Shown here: positions 25,201 to 33,456 of the stretch, piece by piece
Position numbering within the stretch: the first letter of the stretch is position 1
Layout: every line of letters starts with the position of its first letter
DNA from: Glycera tridactyla
Lineage: Eukaryota
Assembly (NCBI GenBank): GCA_965644265.1
Contig: OZ286468.1
Coordinates: 14,136,001-14,200,000, forward strand
DNA: 64,000 bases
Direction: 5' to 3'
Notes under the pieces: generated by a model
Told to the model about the DNA's origin: nothing
What the model saw: only the letters and a program-made list of their open reading frames with translations
The model's database searches: none
Position numbers and translations under genes: made by a program

Positions 25201-27607
25201 GACAGCCAAACAGTCCGGGGTCACTTTCTCAGTTTTTGGGAGAGAGGATGAAGATTTATATCGGACCGTGAAAGCAAATATTGTCGGTGGACCCTCTATT
25301 ATCTTCACAAGACACCATAAAACTGGTGAAACCAAGATACGAGGTGGCAAACTGTGTAAATCAATCCTCGGTTTTGATGCGAATGCTCTATATCTCTGGT
25401 CACTCGGTCAACCAATGCCCACAGGAAGTTATGTTCGTAGATCACGTGATGACAACTTCAAACCTATTTTTTCAATGAAGTATGTCGCCATGTTTCATTG
25501 GATGGACTACCTCAATATGACTAAGGTAGCTGACATTAAACATAAGATGAATAATGGAAGAGAGAAAAGGATAGGACCCTATTTTGTTGATGGATATGAT
25601 TCCAACACTAGCACCATTTATGAATACCATGGCTGCTATTTTCATGGACATGAATGCATGAAACATATGAAGGATGGTGAGAGAAAAGAACGTTATGACA
25701 GAACACAAAAGCGGAAACAATTTTTGATGGATCTTGGGTATAATGTTATTGAAAAATGGGAGTGCGAATTTCAAAATGAAGTCAAACGCAATCATCAATT
25801 AAAATCCCTAATTGATGAATCTCTCCCTCCTTTTGCCAGACAACATTGGTTTCCAGTTGCTGAAAGAGAAATTCTTGACGCAGTTGAACAAGGTCGTCTC
25901 TTTGGAATGGTGGAGGTTGATATCAGAGTCCCAGATAAATGGAATACCCACAGAAGATTCCATTTACCGCCACAGGATTATTTCAGTGAGATGTCACCCA
26001 TATTTTGTACGACAGACATTTCATTCGAGTCCATAGGAAGTCACATGCAAGAACACATCCAGGACCACAAGTTGAGTGATAAACCACGTCGTTTATTGGT
26101 AGGAGGAACAAAGGCCAAAAAAATTCTCCTTGCAACTCCTTTATTGAAATGGTATTTGAAACATGGAATGGAGGTGACATATATATATCAAGTCATTGAA
26201 TTCAGTCCTAATAACTGTTTCAAAGATTTTGAAAATAAAGTGAGTGATGCTCGCCGTCTTGGAGATGAAGATCCTAGGAAAGCAATAATTGCAGATTCCA
26301 TGAAGCTGATAGGGAATTCTGGTTATGGATCTCTGATTATGGATAAAGAGAAGCATCAAAATGTAGAATACGTTGAAGATGAATCAACTTTGATCCATAA
26401 AATCAATGATCCTCGCTTCAAAAAGATGACTGATCTCAGTGAAAATTTCTATGAGCTTGAGATGTCAAAAAAAAAATTGAAGCTTGACCTCCCTATCCAG
26501 CTCGGATATTTTGTACTGCAATATGCGAAACTCATGATGTTGTCTTTCTACTACGATTTTATGGATGTTTATGTCGACAGGAATGACTTTGAATACATAG
26601 AGATGGATACAGATTCTGCTTATATGGCAATATCTGCTGACAAATTTGAAGATGTCATCAAACCCTCTTACTGTGATCAGTATATGGACTCCATGAAAAA
26701 TCGATGTGATGACAACACCTTCCATCCAGATATGTATAAGAACTGGTTTCCTCGCACTTGTTGTGATAAACACAATAAATTTGATAAGAGAACACCGGGT
26801 TTATTCAAAGAAGAAGCCCGAGGTGATGAGATGATTGCACTGAGCTCCAAAACATACATCCTCAAGCAGGGATCCAATTGTAAGATGAGTTGCAAAGGGG
26901 TCAATAAATCTCAGGTCATTGATCCAATGAAAACATTTGAGCGTGTTCTTCGTGATCATAACCCTGTCACCACTGTTAACAGAGGATTCAGACCTAAAAA
27001 TAATACCATATTTACCTATGAACAGAAAAAAAATGGTTTCACATATCTCTACTGTAAGCGGATAGTGAGTGATGATGGAATACACACTACTCCACTTGAT
27101 ATCACTCTGTCCCCTTTCAAGGAGAGGAATATTCTACTGATTGATGAAAACCATCCATTATCACTCACATCAACTTGTGCTTTATCACATGATGGAGTGG
27201 TGTTCACAAGCATGCGTCATCTTTATGAATATTGTAAAGCGATTCATCATGATAATTTATTGGAAGGGCAAAGTATAATAGATAGAACAATCAATTCAAA
27301 ATCATTGCAAGATGTCACACCCTATGAATCAGATCGATGGATGTCGGAGAAAGAATCTATCATGTTCAATATTGCAAAAATGAGATGCAATCAGAGTTCG
27401 GAAATACAACAGATATTACAATCCAGTGGAGAAAAATCTTTTATTTATGCTATTTCCACAGATATGTATTGGGGATGCGGTTTTAATGAAAAAATTGCTC
27501 TGACCCGAGATCCGGATTCTCATCCCGGTGCAAACAGACTCTCATCAATCTGGATAAAAGTGAGACAAACTCTCAATCAATCCTCTATTTCTCACTGTCT
27601 AACATGA
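22274..27607 (+). CDS. pPolB: Protein-primed family B DNA polymerase (1777 aa) with N-terminal C2H2-type zinc fingers, a Vsr-like nuclease insert and a C-terminal NADAR-like domain
   Basis: Exo I YDLE, Exo II FNSARYD, Exo III YNNLD; polymerase motifs FDANALY, KLIGNSGYG, MDTDS. Four zinc fingers at about 22646-22970; insert VDGYD..YEYHGCYFHGH..KWECE at about 25568-25770. Confidence 0.95.
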   Translation: MDLDSVFIQLLNSFHSATELEEWARTNNLLNDPQVQARLRRFRQADEDDIDTLYTAINSNHMTTQPIQQQPRSTNLNTYPSTSHQSTQSISHPDWHQPGNTNLDNYCFTSHHSNHPTRSTSHQEYTCKQCKKHFASKFSLCRHEKKCKAESFVCPLCGKQYSQAPSFNRHKQLCKGYPCSLCNSSFSSSSELDSHRKHSHPHVSQNCPYSCRDCGSGHNNLRSLYLHRSVQHGGADNLQAEPWDEGPWIENGQVIDRDLKEVYTRNREHILRSHRDTAHTTVYNFPTNNLQGGIDWFMEQLQFIFQQQHNAFRVNISFGMILRNLTAEDGQNRYRYFIPFKNNNLFTHPVYISRRRDLRNIRNRLEALDINNYVNEERQDSKWRLFMIVNVNFVTYRTYYPLGQGILPNFIRERKCIVTLDKSRAGIPYKDNLCIFRCLATHKKAKAMSATVNNYYSKWRAYIASTTGKTIPLHSKDYEGITFDLLPDFENCFKINLHVYELLENGCVVNRFLSLSDYQDEIYLNFYDHHLSYIKNFDTYAQKFQCPMCERHFLRAWNLKRHLRVCSNVTKLVFPGGLYSNFKTIFDELEEYDIIVDSSRRFYDWFIVYDLEAILMKSDAVGTEKLKWNNEHKPISISIAANTDDHRKAVCIVDPDLESLLEKAVDYFTSVAAHIQALAHEKWSDIFEILDANIDKWKSSKKTKKHKRNHSGFVLECAAVDDESDDYDSDISDDLDEDIDDNNDHSWKNQKRDEISSSKKMYNNLRKLRQKFELYCNQVPVLGFNSARYDLNLIKGAFIRHLNYLHSQNKFVVKKNAAYACIATDNFRFLDISHYLAPCCSYAQFLRAFEVQENKSFFPYEWFDHPDKLNYNSLPPYDSFFSSLKGLNVLDSDFFHWDGTGQRPMSGQENYEALLQIWQEKNMQSMQDFLIYYNNLDVEPFVSAVENMQAFYREKYIDLFKTAISVPGIARQLLFQTAKQSGVTFSVFGREDEDLYRTVKANIVGGPSIIFTRHHKTGETKIRGGKLCKSILGFDANALYLWSLGQPMPTGSYVRRSRDDNFKPIFSMKYVAMFHWMDYLNMTKVADIKHKMNNGREKRIGPYFVDGYDSNTSTIYEYHGCYFHGHECMKHMKDGERKERYDRTQKRKQFLMDLGYNVIEKWECEFQNEVKRNHQLKSLIDESLPPFARQHWFPVAEREILDAVEQGRLFGMVEVDIRVPDKWNTHRRFHLPPQDYFSEMSPIFCTTDISFESIGSHMQEHIQDHKLSDKPRRLLVGGTKAKKILLATPLLKWYLKHGMEVTYIYQVIEFSPNNCFKDFENKVSDARRLGDEDPRKAIIADSMKLIGNSGYGSLIMDKEKHQNVEYVEDESTLIHKINDPRFKKMTDLSENFYELEMSKKKLKLDLPIQLGYFVLQYAKLMMLSFYYDFMDVYVDRNDFEYIEMDTDSAYMAISADKFEDVIKPSYCDQYMDSMKNRCDDNTFHPDMYKNWFPRTCCDKHNKFDKRTPGLFKEEARGDEMIALSSKTYILKQGSNCKMSCKGVNKSQVIDPMKTFERVLRDHNPVTTVNRGFRPKNNTIFTYEQKKNGFTYLYCKRIVSDDGIHTTPLDITLSPFKERNILLIDENHPLSLTSTCALSHDGVVFTSMRHLYEYCKAIHHDNLLEGQSIIDRTINSKSLQDVTPYESDRWMSEKESIMFNIAKMRCNQSSEIQQILQSSGEKSFIYAISTDMYWGCGFNEKIALTRDPDSHPGANRLSSIWIKVRQTLNQSSISHCLT

Positions 27608-27610
27608 AGG

Positions 27611-27814
27611 ATGGACATATCTCCATCCATGAAAAAACAAGTTTCATTTTCTATGAACGTGACACTATATTACATGCACACTTGGAAATTTGCATATAGA
27701 CAAGCAAGGATAAGTGATTGGCAGAAGACGTATCTTGATCGACTACGATTCGAAGATAGAATACGAAAGAGTGAATCTCTTCTATCTACAGTTCTGAGAG
27801 CTGGAATGAAATGA
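27611..27814 (+). CDS. GADD34/PPP1R15 C-terminal-like (ICP34.5/DP71L-type) PP1-eIF2alpha adaptor, 67 aa
   Basis: QVSFSMNVTLYYMHTWKFAYRQARISDWQKTYLDRLRFEDRI aligns without gaps to GADD34 [42 protein letters not shown]. Confidence 0.8.
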   Translation: MDISPSMKKQVSFSMNVTLYYMHTWKFAYRQARISDWQKTYLDRLRFEDRIRKSESLLSTVLRAGMK

Positions 27815-28443
27815 TGTATCCATTCAACCCCTGTACAACCATGGTTTTGAGTGGGACAACCGGTTCTGGAAAAACTAGTTGGATTCGTAATTTACTTCAA
27901 AATAGAGACTCCATGTTTCTCAATCTACCACCAGATGGAATACTTTACTGTTATTCAATATGGCAGCCAATATTCGATGACATGGAACAATTAGGAATTG
28001 AATTTCATTTAGGGATTCCAGGCGAGGACTATATTGACACATTCAGACAAAACCGCAAACATACAGTCATAGTGCTTGATGATTTGATGGATCAGATCAA
28101 ACAAAGTCCTGAGGTGGAAAGTTTATTCACACGTGGTTCACACCATAAACAATTAACCATTATATATTTGAATCAAAATTTGTTTTCTCAGGGAAAGTGT
28201 AGTCGGACCATAAATCTCAATGCGCATTATATAACTATTTTCAAGTCTTCTGATATCCATCAAATTCAGATACTAGGAAAACAGATGGGAATATGTAGAA
28301 CAATAGCAGAAGCATACAAAGATTGTATGCAAGATCAGTATGGTTATCTCATTATTGATCGATCACCGTCGGCTACACCATCACACATACTCAGAACGAA
28401 GATATTTCCCGGAGAAGATTGTATCATATATCAACCTATATAA
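27811..28443 (+). CDS. A32/FtsK-like DNA packaging ATPase
   Basis: Walker A SGTTGSGKT, Walker B VIVLDDLM, motif C TIIYLNQNLF. Confidence 0.92.
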   Translation: MMYPFNPCTTMVLSGTTGSGKTSWIRNLLQNRDSMFLNLPPDGILYCYSIWQPIFDDMEQLGIEFHLGIPGEDYIDTFRQNRKHTVIVLDDLMDQIKQSPEVESLFTRGSHHKQLTIIYLNQNLFSQGKCSRTINLNAHYITIFKSSDIHQIQILGKQMGICRTIAEAYKDCMQDQYGYLIIDRSPSATPSHILRTKIFPGEDCIIYQPI

Positions 28444-28478
28444 TTTGTTTGATCAGCTATCCATGGACAGTTCTCACC

Positions 28479-28787
28479 ATGAGTAAGGCGCTACAACAAG
28501 TAGAGGATTTTTTGGTGTTATTGCTGTCCACATCCAATTTTCAAGGAAGAGTACTATTGGAAACTGCAACACCGGACCAGGTACTTGCCATTCAGGAAAT
28601 AGTAGCAAATCTATTGGAGTCTAAGTCAAAACTATCACAAAATGTTAGAGTCTTATTGAATAAGAGAGACCGAGCTCTGAAAAAGATTGTGAACAAAGCT
28701 AACCCCGCTGTCACTATAGCTTCTCATTCTCGTCTTCTACTCGATACATTACTTGCAGTGAAAAGCTTGATTCTCTTTCAATTATGA
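28479..28787 (+). CDS. Maverick conserved hypothetical helical protein (102 aa)
   Basis: Open frame from ATG 28479 within the packed core block; LL..A...QV.AI.EI..NLL pattern resembles small Maverick core proteins. Confidence 0.7.
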   Translation: MSKALQQVEDFLVLLLSTSNFQGRVLLETATPDQVLAIQEIVANLLESKSKLSQNVRVLLNKRDRALKKIVNKANPAVTIASHSRLLLDTLLAVKSLILFQL

Positions 28788-29431
28788 AATTCACTCGTAA
28801 GATGGTGCTGATTCCTCATGAACGTTACAGGGCTCTCACAATGAATCGGCAGAATATAGAGAAAGATCCATCAATGGAAAAAGATTCAGTCGTTCCTTCA
28901 AGCCTTGACCATACATCATCTGAAAATATGGAAATTGAGGAACTAATAGACGTACCAGAAAACAGTATGAATGAGGAAACAATTCTGTCTTTACTTCCAA
29001 GAAAGTACAGAAGCAAAGGATCGATTCTACTCAATCAATTAAAAAAAGTCATGTCATGGAACAAAAATGGAGCAGTAACAATTAATGGGGAAGAGATTGC
29101 AGATTCACATATCACTGACCTGATAAAAGATGTTTTATCTCCATTCACTCTCAAGCATGCTTTGATTGGAATTGATAAATTCCGATCTTGTATGAAACTA
29201 TGTGGAATCCCGAAATCATTCTTATCTCATAAAATTCAGGATGGGAATGGAAATAAGAGGAAACCCCCTCCAGGTATACCACCTGAGCATAAGAAAGAAA
29301 GAAAACTTGAAGATGCAGACACAAATTTGCAAAAACCGCCCAAATATCAACTAGAAGATAAAAAAAAGAAGCGGGTATATAACAAGACTGCTAAAAAGTT
29401 TGCAAACATACAATGGCAGCAACTTATTTAG
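28784..29431 (+). CDS. Maverick conserved hypothetical protein (215 aa)
   Basis: KMVLIP N-terminus and WNKNGAVTINGEEIADSHITDLI motif typical of a Maverick core gene; basic C-terminus. Confidence 0.75.
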   Translation: MKFTRKMVLIPHERYRALTMNRQNIEKDPSMEKDSVVPSSLDHTSSENMEIEELIDVPENSMNEETILSLLPRKYRSKGSILLNQLKKVMSWNKNGAVTINGEEIADSHITDLIKDVLSPFTLKHALIGIDKFRSCMKLCGIPKSFLSHKIQDGNGNKRKPPPGIPPEHKKERKLEDADTNLQKPPKYQLEDKKKKRVYNKTAKKFANIQWQQLI

Positions 29432-30519
29432 AGAAGAACTACTTTGATCCCTCTGCTCCTGCAAGTTTTGCAGGACCGGAGAAGGTGCATAAGACTACCA
29501 AACTTCAAGGACATGACATAAGTAAGGCAGATATTGAGAAATGGATGCAAGCAGAGGATACATATACGTTGAATAAGAATGTGAGGAGAAACTTCCACAG
29601 ACCAAGAGTAGTTGTACCTGACAAAAACTATCAATGGGATGGAGATACTGCCTTCATGGTCAAGTATCACGAAGCAAATAAGGGATTTAAGTATTTTGTT
29701 CTCTTCATCGATATATTCTCAAGATATGTATATACAAGACCCACCAAAACAACAAAGGGAGAGGAAACGGTTTCTGTCCTGAAAGCCATATTTGATGAAG
29801 CAGGAACACACCCTCAGCATATCAGAACTGATAAAGGTGTTGAATTTGCAAATCGTAATGTCAAGAAACTTTGTCGCGATAAAGATATCAATTTCTTTGT
29901 CACTCAGAATGAGAAGAAGAGTAATTATGCTGAACGAGCAATAAAAACACTCAAAAACAAAATTATGAGATATATGAAAAGGAACAAAACGGAAAAATGG
30001 ATCGATATCCTTGCAGATATTACCTCAAGTTATAACCATTCATATCATCGCAGTATAAAGCGTGCACCTATATCAGTCACTTCAAATGATGTTGATCTAT
30101 GGCAACAACAGTATGATGAGAGAGAAAAAAAACCAATCATCAGGAAACCAAGATTACCCAAATTCAAATACAAGATAGGTGATATAGTCAGAATATCTAG
30201 ACTTCATGAACTTTTCGACAAAGAGTATGATGAGAATTGGACAAGAGAATTGTTCACAATCACAGAACGATGGTTTAATCAGGATATACCTTTGTATGCA
30301 CTAAAAGATTATGATAATGACCCTATCACTGGATCTTTCTATGAATATGAAATTCAGAAAGTTCAAGTCAAGGATGATGCTGTATATGACATTGAAAAAG
30401 TAATTCGTACTCGAATGAGAGATGGGGGAAAACAAGCACTTGTCCGCTGGCTTGGTTGGTCAAAAAAATTTGATTCATGGATCCCGTATGAAGATGTTAC
30501 AATTCACAAAAATGATTGA
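29413..30519 (+). CDS. Retroviral-like DDE integrase with C-terminal chromodomain
   Basis: WDGD...RTDKGVEF...SNYAERAIKTLK triad; chromodomain YDIEKVIRTR...ALVRWLGWSKKFDSWIP. Confidence 0.93.
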   Translation: MAATYLEKNYFDPSAPASFAGPEKVHKTTKLQGHDISKADIEKWMQAEDTYTLNKNVRRNFHRPRVVVPDKNYQWDGDTAFMVKYHEANKGFKYFVLFIDIFSRYVYTRPTKTTKGEETVSVLKAIFDEAGTHPQHIRTDKGVEFANRNVKKLCRDKDINFFVTQNEKKSNYAERAIKTLKNKIMRYMKRNKTEKWIDILADITSSYNHSYHRSIKRAPISVTSNDVDLWQQQYDEREKKPIIRKPRLPKFKYKIGDIVRISRLHELFDKEYDENWTRELFTITERWFNQDIPLYALKDYDNDPITGSFYEYEIQKVQVKDDAVYDIEKVIRTRMRDGGKQALVRWLGWSKKFDSWIPYEDVTIHKND

Positions 30520-30549
30520 TCTATACCAAGAAAGTCATTCCATGTCAGG

Positions 30550-30981
30550 ATGGGGCACAGACAACACTTCTTATTTGTTTCGTCCAAGGATTCCGCTTCA
30601 ATTTTTCCAGAAAATAAGAGTCATGAATTCAATGTACAACTCCCCCAAACACTTGAATTGCAAGGTGAATGGGAATGTGCATTGATTGATATGAATATAC
30701 GTCCTAAAGGAGTTGACATAAAGGACATATACATATTTACCGATTTCATACAGGATAGTTATGTTAGGGATAGTCAGCTTTCCCTGCTGGGAATTACCCA
30801 ATACATTTCAAAGAAGAAAACTGACACTGATTTGGCTCTAGATAAAAAACTGTATCACAAAGTTTCCCGAAATACTTTGGACACAATCAGGATATATATG
30901 ACAGATGAAAACTTGGAACCGTATACACACTTGGGAGAGAGTTCGAGGTGTACACTTCATCTACGAAAAGTCCGGAGATGA
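30550..30981 (+). CDS. Minor capsid (penton-like, PZ-type) protein, short form (143 aa)
   Basis: FVSSKDSASIFPENKSHEFNVQLPQTLELQGEWECAL matches the S..S...FP.N....F.V.LP..L.L.G.W motif of Polinton minor capsid proteins. Confidence 0.72.
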   Translation: MGHRQHFLFVSSKDSASIFPENKSHEFNVQLPQTLELQGEWECALIDMNIRPKGVDIKDIYIFTDFIQDSYVRDSQLSLLGITQYISKKKTDTDLALDKKLYHKVSRNTLDTIRIYMTDENLEPYTHLGESSRCTLHLRKVRR

Positions 30982-31322
30982 ATTTTCTTAGTCCAGATCT
31001 AGCTTTTCTCACCCCTGATCTGAATAAGTGGAAGACTCATTTTCTTAACATGGCAAGAAATAAAATCTGTGGAAAAGACAAGAGAGTACTGGTGCAACGA
31101 GAACCATCTGAAAAGCCGCTGATAAAGATGGTTACCCCGGCTCAGCAAGCAGTTGAAGTAGCAGAATCAGCATTGGAACAAGTCATAAAACCATCCAGAA
31201 AGCGAAAATCGTCTCAGTTTGCAAAATCATCTCGTACTAAGAAGGTCAAACAGACTCAAAGCGGACAGGGTAAAAAACATAAATCTACTAAACGGATATC
31301 ACATACAAGGAAAAAACGATGA
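30978..31322 (+). CDS. Small basic protein (114 aa), candidate virion core protein
   Basis: K/R-rich C-terminal half containing QSGQG; lies immediately upstream of the major capsid gene. Confidence 0.65.
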   Translation: MNFLSPDLAFLTPDLNKWKTHFLNMARNKICGKDKRVLVQREPSEKPLIKMVTPAQQAVEVAESALEQVIKPSRKRKSSQFAKSSRTKKVKQTQSGQGKKHKSTKRISHTRKKR

Positions 31323-32584
31323 AGATTGACGGAGATGAATGCCACAAAAACACACTATCTCTTTTCCAAACACCACCCTACGATGTCGGGATCATATCCG
31401 AGGAGTATATAGATTTCAGACCAATTGCTCAAGTGACTGGTGATGCACCAATTGAATTCATATATTCTGGTAATAGTTCATCATATATTGACCTGAGAAA
31501 GTCAAGATTGAAAGTGAAAGCAAAGGTGGTGAAGACAGGAGGAGGAGACATTGACTCCACTGATAATGTAGGAGTGTGCAACCTAACACTTCAATCATTA
31601 TTTCGCCAGGTAGACCTCTCCCTTCAAGGACTTGTCGTATCTACATCAGCATGTTACTACAATTATAAAGCTTATATTGACACTTTGGAACATCTAGCAG
31701 AGGGAGAAGAGAAGTATAGTAGTCAAATCTTCTCCCTTGATACTCCTGGAGGGTTCGATACTGTGGCAGATCCTTCAGAAGGATCAACCATACCTTCAAA
31801 TATTGGTCTGAATGATAGGAAAGTTCTGCTGAACAAAGCCGGATTTGAGATGGTTGGCCCAATTATGTCTGACCTTGCACAGCAAGATAGACTGATACTG
31901 AATGGTTTACCACTGCATTTGAAACTTTGGCCTGCCAAAGATTCATTCATTTTACTTTCAGACTCAACCAATTATAGAATACATATTACAGAGGCTGTAT
32001 TACAATTAGCGATGATTAAAGTTTCACCAGGAATTCTGATTGGACATGCAGAAGCATTGAAAGAAAAACCTGCCCAATATCCATTGACAAGATCAGTATT
32101 AAAATCGTATAATATTCCCAAAGGTCAATTTGATACTGTACTTTACCCTATATTTACTAATGAGGTTCCTAGTGAAGTCATCATTGCTATGGTTGATTCT
32201 AGAGCATACAATGGTGATTTTAGTATGAATCCGTATAATTTCCAAAACTTTGATTTAAATTATATTGCTCTGACAGTTGATGGTCAGTCAGTGCCACACG
32301 CCCCCTTACAACCGAACTATAGGAAAGATTTGTTCACTGAATGCTACCTCAGTTTTTTTGGTGACGGACAGATTGATAGAACAAGTTACAAAGACGGATA
32401 CTGTATTTATAAATTCGCATTATCATCACTGCACAAAGAAGATTGTCTTGCTGTTTCTAAAACTGGCGAGGTTCGAATTCACTTGAGATTTAACACATCT
32501 ATAAATAAGGGGGTTACTGTGTTAGTGTATGGGAAATTTCCTGACCTATTACAGATTGATGAGGCACGTAATATTTTGAAATGA
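31319..32584 (+). CDS. Major capsid protein (double jelly-roll, PY-type), 421 aa
   Basis: LSLF..PP..V.I....Y..FRP, YIDL..S.L.VK, LFRQVDL, NPYNFQNF and EVRIHLRF motifs and length typical of Polinton MCP. Confidence 0.88.
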   Translation: MKIDGDECHKNTLSLFQTPPYDVGIISEEYIDFRPIAQVTGDAPIEFIYSGNSSSYIDLRKSRLKVKAKVVKTGGGDIDSTDNVGVCNLTLQSLFRQVDLSLQGLVVSTSACYYNYKAYIDTLEHLAEGEEKYSSQIFSLDTPGGFDTVADPSEGSTIPSNIGLNDRKVLLNKAGFEMVGPIMSDLAQQDRLILNGLPLHLKLWPAKDSFILLSDSTNYRIHITEAVLQLAMIKVSPGILIGHAEALKEKPAQYPLTRSVLKSYNIPKGQFDTVLYPIFTNEVPSEVIIAMVDSRAYNGDFSMNPYNFQNFDLNYIALTVDGQSVPHAPLQPNYRKDLFTECYLSFFGDGQIDRTSYKDGYCIYKFALSSLHKEDCLAVSKTGEVRIHLRFNTSINKGVTVLVYGKFPDLLQIDEARNILK

Positions 32585-33051
32585 ATAACGTTCAGTTGAC
32601 TCATTTTTTAATGAAAAATCAATATACTCATAAATATTTCATGGGAGTGTTTTCTGCTGATACTTTGCCGGGTTCCATCCCAAGAAAACCCGCTTTTCTG
32701 ATTGTGAATACAGCGAAACAAAAAGAGGAGGGTCGACACTGGATCTGTCTTTTCTTTCCTAGACAAGGTCCAAGTGAATGCTTTGACTCTCTCGCTAGGA
32801 ATTCCACTCAATTCGAACGATTTCTATTGAAACAATCATCTACCTGTCTTCACAATCTACTCAGGTTACAACAATCGGGAACTAATACATGTGGACTATT
32901 TTGTATCCAATTTGCTGTAAATAGATGCAAAGGTGTTACTTTCTCTGATTTTTTATCTTTTTTTCGAGGAAGAAGTCTGACTGAAAACGAGAAAATAATC
33001 AAACATTTGACATGGCCAATCTTGCTAATTTCAGATTCCTGCTCGGTATGA
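32581..33051 (+). CDS. Adenain-like cysteine protease
   Basis: GRHW (His), CFDS (Asp), LQQ...TCGLFC (Gln/Cys) catalytic motifs. Confidence 0.9.
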   Translation: MNNVQLTHFLMKNQYTHKYFMGVFSADTLPGSIPRKPAFLIVNTAKQKEEGRHWICLFFPRQGPSECFDSLARNSTQFERFLLKQSSTCLHNLLRLQQSGTNTCGLFCIQFAVNRCKGVTFSDFLSFFRGRSLTENEKIIKHLTWPILLISDSCSV

Positions 33052-33353
33052 AATTACGTCGAGTCTATGATTTCTTGGTGAAATGTGTTTGTTCTGTGAA
33101 AACACAGCCAGGAGAAATGACAGGAATGGAACTGGAACTTCATATAGTCAAGAGCCAGCTTGCAAGTTATCAAAGGAGAGAAATGGAGTATTATAATTTC
33201 CGTAAAAAGCTTACAATGCAGAATCGTCAAAAAGAATGGCTTCAAAAGCAGGATGAAGATAACTATTATGAATGTGTAGAATGTGGAACTTTAATCCCCA
33301 AATTCGAAATGAGCAGTGATGAAGGGGAGGACTATGATACAATTGATGGATAA
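33048..33353 (+). CDS. Small hypothetical protein (101 aa) with coiled-coil and CxxC motif
   Basis: ATG overlaps the protease stop (ATGA); YECVECG; AATAAA follows at 33451. Confidence 0.6.
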   Translation: MKLRRVYDFLVKCVCSVKTQPGEMTGMELELHIVKSQLASYQRREMEYYNFRKKLTMQNRQKEWLQKQDEDNYYECVECGTLIPKFEMSSDEGEDYDTIDG

Positions 33354-33450
33354 AGTTTGCATTGATGGCGTATTGTTGTACTGATGTATTGATGACATAT
33401 TGCTGTACTGATGTAGTGTTGTATTACTGTATTGGTGAGATGGATCATGT

Positions 33451-33456
33451 AATAAA
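33451..33456 (+). terminator. Candidate polyadenylation signal closing the core gene block
   Basis: AATAAA about 100 nt after the last core ORF, followed by T-rich sequence. Confidence 0.5.

Noticed and set aside
22639-27085. Many short ORFs on other frames or the opposite strand within pPolB
   Set aside because: Shadow frames of a long coding sequence.
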